From positions 6,749 to 70,748 of the IMG/VR virus record IMGVR_UViG_3300048591_000302: DNA of 64,000 nt, one strand, 5' to 3'. The notes beneath the pieces were generated by a model. The model had not been told where the DNA came from. It saw nothing but the letters and a program-made list of their open reading frames with translations, and ran no database searches. Of this stretch, positions 58,471-64,000 are shown in pieces (the stretch's first letter is position 1; each line of letters starts with the position of its first letter). A program made the translations under genes and the position numbers. The stretch comes from a virus.

Positions 58471-58767
58471 TCAGGGTTTTGGTGATTCAAGAATCTTGGC
58501 AATAGTGCCATAGACCCACGGGAGATAAATCTTACCGCAGGCTTGTTTCATCATCGCGATATCCTCGATTGTCAAATCTCCACCGTTCATGACCAAATTC
58601 ATGGTCGTGAAACGCTGCATTTTGACTTCCGGACTGTCATTCTGCTCGGAGTAGTTCAATGCCCGCAAGACGAGTGTCTTGACAGTGACTGGCTTGTCCT
58701 TCTCCACGACCGGGTTGCCTTCGAAATCGACGATCGTTTGCTCCAAATTGACCTTCATGTTGCCCAC
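58471..58767 (-). CDS. Conserved fibre-associated hypothetical protein
   Basis: DFEGNP...K..RF...DLTIEDIAMMK...VYG pattern. Confidence 0.55.
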   Translation of the reverse strand: MGNMKVNLEQTIVDFEGNPVVEKDKPVTVKTLVLRALNYSEQNDSPEVKMQRFTTMNLVMNGGDLTIEDIAMMKQACGKIYLPWVYGTIAKILESPKP

Positions 58768-58792
58768 CTATTGTTTTAGTGATCCCTATTGT

Positions 58793-60499
58793 TTAACGTT
58801 TGCTACCTTTAACTCGCTTAACCCCGTCAGGGTCAGTTTCAGGGTCTTGCGAGTTACTCTTGATATCTTTACCGACCTGACTATCAGGCTTAAGCTCGTT
58901 CGTTGTGACGTGCGGTGTCTGTGCAGCTTGAATACGCGCAATACGCTCTGCGTGTTCGATCGTTGCGATTTGATAATCACCTTCGGGATAGTGCCGAACA
59001 TCACGTGCTACATATTCGTGAGATAGTAACCCAGATTCCACGTCCTTCTCGATAATGGCATTATTGATGATTGGAACATCTGAAGTATTAACTTCAGCAA
59101 TGATCTTGTCGAGAGTAGTAGCATCAACTTTGGATGCGAACAGATTATACGTGACCTCTTGCAGTACCTGTTTCTGTGCCGTTACGGAGTTGATACGTTC
59201 AATCAGAGCAATCTTCTTGCTTGACTCTTCGATGATCGTTGCTTCACTCTTGATATTGTAACGACGAGGATAAGTGATAGTAACCGGTTCGATCTCACCC
59301 TCGTACCGATGCCAGATTATGGCGATCTGACGTTCGGTTGCTTCCAATACTTGTCCGATATTTGCCAAGCCACCTTCCAGACCTTCATTGTCACGGTCTT
59401 TCGAATCAGCAGAAGCCTGTTTGGTTGACAGATTACTGAGTGTCAGATGTACTAATCTACGAATGTTCTCGCGAATCTCACGTTGTTTCTCCATCGAGAC
59501 CTTGAGAGGCTCAGAGGACGGATGGATGAAGTCAGGCCGTTCCGTTCCGAGTGGGTAGCGACGACCTTGGGACGTGCCAACTTGCACATCGCCTGTGCCG
59601 GATTTCGCCCCTTCATGCTCGACACCGACCTTCTGTTTCTGATTATTGATGAACTCGGTTTTGGGATCAAACTGTTCGGTGTAGAACGGAAAATTGCTTT
59701 TGATAGCATAGCTAATATCGGACGATTCCATATTGAGCAATGCGATTTGGTAATCTGCAACGTCTGTCATGAGAGATTCATTAATCTCGACAATGACAAA
59801 CGGGATCACGCTGATACGGATCGTCGCACTCAGCGTGTACATTTTCTTCTCATAAGTATAGACGTTCACGACACCATTCTCAAGACGGAGCAATCTGAAT
59901 ACGGACTGGTACTTGATCGTCAATCCAGTCGAATCATCATAGACTGGCTCGTTATAGCGAAGCAAGACGGCGGTGAGCCTGTTATGATTATCATAGGACC
60001 AGTTAATGATTTGCTCAGCTTTGAACATGTAAACATACGGATGTAACCCTTCGGTATCCGCGAGAGTAGGACCGTCAATAAGTGGCATATCAATGAAGAT
60101 GCCGACTTTACCCATGGACAATAGTTCTGGCAACACCTGTTGCCCAATGAACGTGTCCATATTGGAGCCGCGCAGGTCTACACCACCTTCGTTACCACGC
60201 ATGCACTCGCGATACATATTGGAACCACCGATACGCTCGATATCGACTGCGCGTTGATAGATAGCATTCTTGGTGTCAATGATCGCTTCTTTCGCGAAAG
60301 TCGGGATTGGCGTAATCCGACGACGTTTCTCGAAATCGGCACCGTCTTCTCTGGTCGAGAACTGCTCAAGATACTCGTCGCGGAAGACTTCTCCACCTTC
60401 ATAGCAAAGCCTCCACTTGTGCCAATCAGCAATCTTGGCACTGTAAAGTGGATGCGCTAATCCTTCATCCATGTCTGTCATGATCAGTTTGAGCATCAT
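58793..60499 (-). CDS. Portal protein
   Basis: Directly after terL; HPLY...W..WR..YEGG, GKVGIFIDMP, PYVYMFKAEQIINW and IPFV. Confidence 0.85.
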   Translation of the reverse strand: MMLKLIMTDMDEGLAHPLYSAKIADWHKWRLCYEGGEVFRDEYLEQFSTREDGADFEKRRRITPIPTFAKEAIIDTKNAIYQRAVDIERIGGSNMYRECMRGNEGGVDLRGSNMDTFIGQQVLPELLSMGKVGIFIDMPLIDGPTLADTEGLHPYVYMFKAEQIINWSYDNHNRLTAVLLRYNEPVYDDSTGLTIKYQSVFRLLRLENGVVNVYTYEKKMYTLSATIRISVIPFVIVEINESLMTDVADYQIALLNMESSDISYAIKSNFPFYTEQFDPKTEFINNQKQKVGVEHEGAKSGTGDVQVGTSQGRRYPLGTERPDFIHPSSEPLKVSMEKQREIRENIRRLVHLTLSNLSTKQASADSKDRDNEGLEGGLANIGQVLEATERQIAIIWHRYEGEIEPVTITYPRRYNIKSEATIIEESSKKIALIERINSVTAQKQVLQEVTYNLFASKVDATTLDKIIAEVNTSDVPIINNAIIEKDVESGLLSHEYVARDVRHYPEGDYQIATIEHAERIARIQAAQTPHVTTNELKPDSQVGKDIKSNSQDPETDPDGVKRVKGSKR

Positions 60500-60503
60500 C
60501 AGC

Positions 60504-62144
60504 CTACATTATGTTGTTGATATTTTGTGATGTTGCACCACCTGCTGCGAGCAGCAATGCTATCTCAGCATAACACCGAGCGAGTGCGAAGTGGTCATCA
60601 CGTGCTATTTTAACGTACTTGGCAACGATATTACCTTCTGCGTTCTTCTTGTACACCTTGACAGTACTCTTCAAGTGCTGTGTGTACTCGTGACCGATAT
60701 CATTCGGTATACTGATTTTGCGATTACGGAATCTCTGGAGTGCCATGTCCAACCAGCTTGTGCGATCGACGGTAACCATCGGCATATCAGGAGCCAATGT
60801 GACTTGCTTGCCGCTGACAGCGTTTCCGAAGTGACACATTCTCGCGATACCGTAGAACCGTTGACACAGCTCGAAAGCTTTCCTGCGTTCCGGATCAGCA
60901 TCGATAACCAGTTGGTTAGCACCATACTTGTGCATCAGAACATCGATATCCTCGAAGTTATCTACTGTGCCAGCATCCACAACCTTAGCATGGGCTGCTG
61001 TATTGATATCGATACCATGTTCCAGTGTCCACTCATCAACTTCGTAATGCAGCTTGGACCCAACGTCAACACCGATCGTCACCAGTTTCATTCCGCTAAC
61101 TTGGTTACCCTTACCGTACTCACCGAAACATTGATTGATATCCTCATCATTGAGCTTGGCACCCTTGACAACGTGTGTTTGTCCAAGCTTGCTATTATAG
61201 AGTTCCTGTTCGTCAACAGGGCTTGAAAGACTTTTCAGGTATGATATGGCTATCTGATGCGGATGAATCGTCGGGCTATATAACTGATTGATATGGAAGC
61301 CACGCACGTCCATTCCGGGACAAGCTGCTACATGTTGACCGCTAGCAAGAAACAGACGTTTCTCTTCGTGTTTGAGCAATCCTTTACACTCAGTGCAAAT
61401 CAAGTGCGTGTCCTTGATTCGTGAATCATTATGTGTCTCAGCGGTAATGACCATTGAATCCGGGAAAGTCAATTCGATCATTCGCGAGCAACACGGACAA
61501 CGAAAGAAGAAGTGTTCCTGTGTGCTATAGCGATACTCATTATTGATACCGTACTCGTCAACTGTTGGTGTACTCACCATCCATACTTGCTGTTCGACCT
61601 GACCGCTGGCGCGCTCGAAAGCGAGTGGTAGATGCTCCTGGACCATTTCGTCCACTTCGTCAAAGGCTATTTTCCCAGCGGGGATACTTTTGAGCTTGCT
61701 TTTGCTCCTGCTACCTCTGATATAGAGTGTAGCTGAGCCGGCGCGTTTCATGCTCGTGTTCTTGACATCGCTGAATAGTTTGGTCAAGTGTTCGCTACTC
61801 TCCAGTGCCGGGTCGAAGCGGCTAGCACTGAAATCCGATGCGTCGTCACTCGTTGGCAACACGTAGAGGCAGCTGTCGCGATTGATATCGATATTGAAGA
61901 ATGTCCAGTTGAGTAACAGCTCCGTGTAACCCATCTGAGCTGCTTTCTGACCGATATTCTTCTCTGCTGTACTGTTGTGCATCTCCCGTAACCACGGGTG
62001 ATTGTCAAATCTCCAAGGACCGGGAAAAGGCTTACCCATTACACGGTACTGTTCCGACCATTTAGCACACGTGGTGATAGCTTTGCGCTGTAAGCCATCA
62101 CGCATTCTGCTCAACAGATATTGTGCCATCGGTGTGCTCTGCAT
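60504..62144 (-). CDS. terL: Terminase large subunit (lambda GpA type)
   Basis: KAAQMGYTE Walker A, FDEVDEM, STPT, CPCC..CTEC, GVDVG and DDHF. Confidence 0.92.
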   Translation of the reverse strand: MQSTPMAQYLLSRMRDGLQRKAITTCAKWSEQYRVMGKPFPGPWRFDNHPWLREMHNSTAEKNIGQKAAQMGYTELLLNWTFFNIDINRDSCLYVLPTSDDASDFSASRFDPALESSEHLTKLFSDVKNTSMKRAGSATLYIRGSRSKSKLKSIPAGKIAFDEVDEMVQEHLPLAFERASGQVEQQVWMVSTPTVDEYGINNEYRYSTQEHFFFRCPCCSRMIELTFPDSMVITAETHNDSRIKDTHLICTECKGLLKHEEKRLFLASGQHVAACPGMDVRGFHINQLYSPTIHPHQIAISYLKSLSSPVDEQELYNSKLGQTHVVKGAKLNDEDINQCFGEYGKGNQVSGMKLVTIGVDVGSKLHYEVDEWTLEHGIDINTAAHAKVVDAGTVDNFEDIDVLMHKYGANQLVIDADPERRKAFELCQRFYGIARMCHFGNAVSGKQVTLAPDMPMVTVDRTSWLDMALQRFRNRKISIPNDIGHEYTQHLKSTVKVYKKNAEGNIVAKYVKIARDDHFALARCYAEIALLLAAGGATSQNINNIM

Positions 62145-62674
62145 TATTTCTCCAAGATGACCATTAGCTCGTTGGCAATTTTCTCAAGCAATGCTTCATT
62201 CTCGATATTGTTGCTCAGCAGTTCGACAATACGATCCGCGATAAGTACGAGCGTAGCCTTGTCCAATACTTCGTTGAGTGACAATTCAAGCTTGTGTGCG
62301 CTGGTAACCAAAGTGTTGATTTGCATAATCAGCTGACTAATCTGCGGGGTGTGCATGATCATCTCATTCGTATTATTCAGCGCGTTCATGCGCTGTTCCA
62401 GCATCATTCGGAGAATCCCGATTTCATCTCTCAAAGATTTGACATGGCTGTTATGGCTCAGCTCTGCTGCTCTCGCGGAGAATTGGGTCAAGCGATAATT
62501 GCGCAACGCTTGCTTCTCCTCGTTGTCTTTGAACTTGTTACCACCATGCAGCAAGCAATATTTGCTCCCCTTATAGGATTTCATGTTACATTGACCACGT
62601 TTCGGGTGCAAGAAAGCACACCGTTCGGGATCGAACTCGTCCGATATCCTTTGCATATCTTCTCGTTCTGCCAT
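62144..62674 (-). CDS. terS: Terminase small subunit (CxxHGG type)
   Basis: RCA....GQC......YCLLHGG and SLRDEIGILR; abuts terL; start placed downstream of the predicted promoter. Confidence 0.7.
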   Translation of the reverse strand: MAEREDMQRISDEFDPERCAFLHPKRGQCNMKSYKGSKYCLLHGGNKFKDNEEKQALRNYRLTQFSARAAELSHNSHVKSLRDEIGILRMMLEQRMNALNNTNEMIMHTPQISQLIMQINTLVTSAHKLELSLNEVLDKATLVLIADRIVELLSNNIENEALLEKIANELMVILEK

Positions 62675-62735
62675 GATTACGTAATCCAGTTTGATTTTTG
62701 ACAATTTTTGATGTGGAACATTATCCCTACACCTT

Positions 62736-62763
62736 AGTATACGCCTTTTTTGGAACAAAACAA
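62736..62763 (-). promoter_or_regulatory. Putative promoter TTGTTT-N16-TATACT for the virion operon
   Basis: Same layout as three other intergenic elements; GATTACGTAATC palindrome at 62675-62686 downstream. Confidence 0.5.
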
Positions 62764-62839
62764 ATGAGTTTCATTTTTTATTTTTCGTAGGAAAATGACC
62801 TATTTCTGAAACAACTCATAACCCACCAGTGGGCTGCTT

Positions 62840-63029
62840 CTGAGAAATCTGAAACGAACAGCACACATCCAACAGCAATGTTAAACGCCTCAGATTGAGA
62901 AACCTAAAACCCTTCAATAGCATGTTCAAGGCCACAGATTGAGAAATCTGAAACTGTGTCAATAGTCTGTTCAACGCTTCTGATTGAGAAATCTAAAACT
63001 GTGTCAGATTAAGAAATCTGAAACTGTGT
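62840..63029. repeat. Five degenerate direct repeats (A/T)GATTGAGAAATCTGAAAC
   Basis: Copies near 62841, 62892, 62936, 62981 and 63006; the intervening sequence is also partly repeated. Confidence 0.85.
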
Positions 63030-63306
63030 AGGGCACACCCGCCCGCTCGCGCAAGTATGCGATTCTCAAAAGTGAGAATAACCCTGTAGTGGTGTAGTAA
63101 TGATCGTTACAACGTGTAGTGAGAACTTGAAAATTCTCAAAAGTGCGAATCGACGTAGCGGAATAGTAAGGTACCATCCCATACTTAACCATAGGTTCAA
63201 CTTGGAATTGTTCTACGGTACCTAAAAATGCAAATTTAGGCTATATGGATTATCACGGAATAGCCGTTTTTCCGCCTAATCGGAAATTGATAAAGATTAC
63301 TGAAAT

Positions 63307-63372
63307 CCTTGTCCCTTGTCCCTTGTCCCTTGTCCCTTGTCCCTTGTCCCTTGTCCCTTGTCCCTTGTCCCT
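63307..63372. repeat. Heptamer tandem repeat (CCTTGTC) x9
   Basis: Nine perfect copies plus CCT. Confidence 0.97.
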
Positions 63373-63380
63373 ATAAGCTG

Positions 63381-63410
63381 AAAAGGCGTGTACACGTGTA
63401 CACGCCTTTT
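63381..63410. terminator. Perfect 30-bp palindrome, possibly a bidirectional terminator
   Basis: AAAAGGCGTGTACAC GTGTACACGCCTTTT, 15 nt after the stop at 63425. Confidence 0.6.
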
Positions 63411-63424
63411 GGCGAAGTATCGGA

Positions 63425-63730
63425 CTATGCTTTTTTCGTTGCATAATTCCGATACGTTTTTAACCATTTACGAGCCTGTATAAGTCTTTGTTTGTCAAAG
63501 ACTTTCAAATATTCACCACACTCAACGAGTACCAAACCGCCGAATACTTCTTGCATGTTTTGAACTTCTGTAATTGCTTGTTTATCAGCGAGTAACACAA
63601 GATAATCAGCTCGGCTATTCCGTACAAAAGGCGGATTTTCCGCCTTGTACCTTTCGATACACTTGTTTTGAATTACCGTGTCCGTTGGGAACATGCGTTT
63701 GACTTTCGTTTTGTACTCTTGCAAGGTCAT
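63425..63730 (-). CDS. Hypothetical protein (101 aa, AT-rich)
   Basis: ATG at 63730 (MTLQEYK); the longer ORF-track version is read-through from the repeat. Confidence 0.55.
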   Translation of the reverse strand: MTLQEYKTKVKRMFPTDTVIQNKCIERYKAENPPFVRNSRADYLVLLADKQAITEVQNMQEVFGGLVLVECGEYLKVFDKQRLIQARKWLKTYRNYATKKA

Positions 63731-63884
63731 TTTTTCCCTACTTTCTTTTACTTTGACTTTTGAAACTTGAAACCGTATCCATATTATATTGCATTCCATA
63801 GACAATACAAACAATATATTGAAAATAATTGAAAAATAGTTATAACTTATTGTTACTCCGATACTTGCAATTTGGATTTGCAAA

Positions 63885-64000
63885 TCCACGCTCCACGCTC
63901 CACGCTCCACGCTCCACGCTCCACGCTCCACGCTCCACGCTCCACGCTCCACGCTCCACGCTCCACGCTCCACGCTCCACGCTCCACGCTCCACGCTCCA
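63885..64000. repeat. Heptamer tandem repeat (TCCACGC) x16+, running off the window end
   Basis: Perfect copies; starts within the palindrome TGGATTTGCAAATCCA (63873-63888). Confidence 0.97.

Noticed and set aside
62840-63029. Possible CRISPR mini-array
   Set aside because: Repeats are degenerate, spacers resemble each other and vary in length, and no cas genes are present.
63731-63994. ERGAWSV-repeat N-terminus of the 189-aa ORF, and the RDKGQGT ORF at 63253-63444
   Set aside because: Translation artefacts of the heptamer arrays.

Overview
The whole window is part of a tailed dsDNA phage genome (long non-contractile tail type). No host housekeeping genes, rRNA, tRNA, CRISPR, integrase or clear endolysin were seen. 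It has three blocks. (1) 1-15.7 kb, minus strand: small accessory genes, a radical SAM enzyme, a sigma-like factor, VRR-NUC nuclease, family A DNA polymerase, SNF2 helicase, a putative SSB and two ParB-like proteins. (2) 16.4-29.65 kb, plus strand, read from a divergent AT-rich control region: primase-helicase, Dam-type methylase, two apparently dead DEDD exonuclease paralogs, a glycosyltransferase, dNMP kinase, dCMP deaminase, MazG, ThyX and many small genes. (3) 29.65-62.7 kb, minus strand virion operon: TerS, lambda GpA-type TerL, portal, two fibre cassettes, adaptor, scaffold, capsid, neck and tail genes, tape measure and tail tip, ending in a sulfotransferase, Cys-rich proteins, a glycosyltransferase-like protein and a 42-aa glycyl-radical peptide. 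A repeat-rich region lies upstream of terS. The main signals not in the ORF track are a stand-alone NrdD-type glycyl-radical mini-protein, an N-terminal leader shared by scaffold and capsid, a GATTAY motif family next to four similar promoters, a -1 frameshift in the tail chaperone, and a perfect 30-bp palindrome next to heptamer arrays. All functional calls come from motif recognition by eye; no database searches were run.
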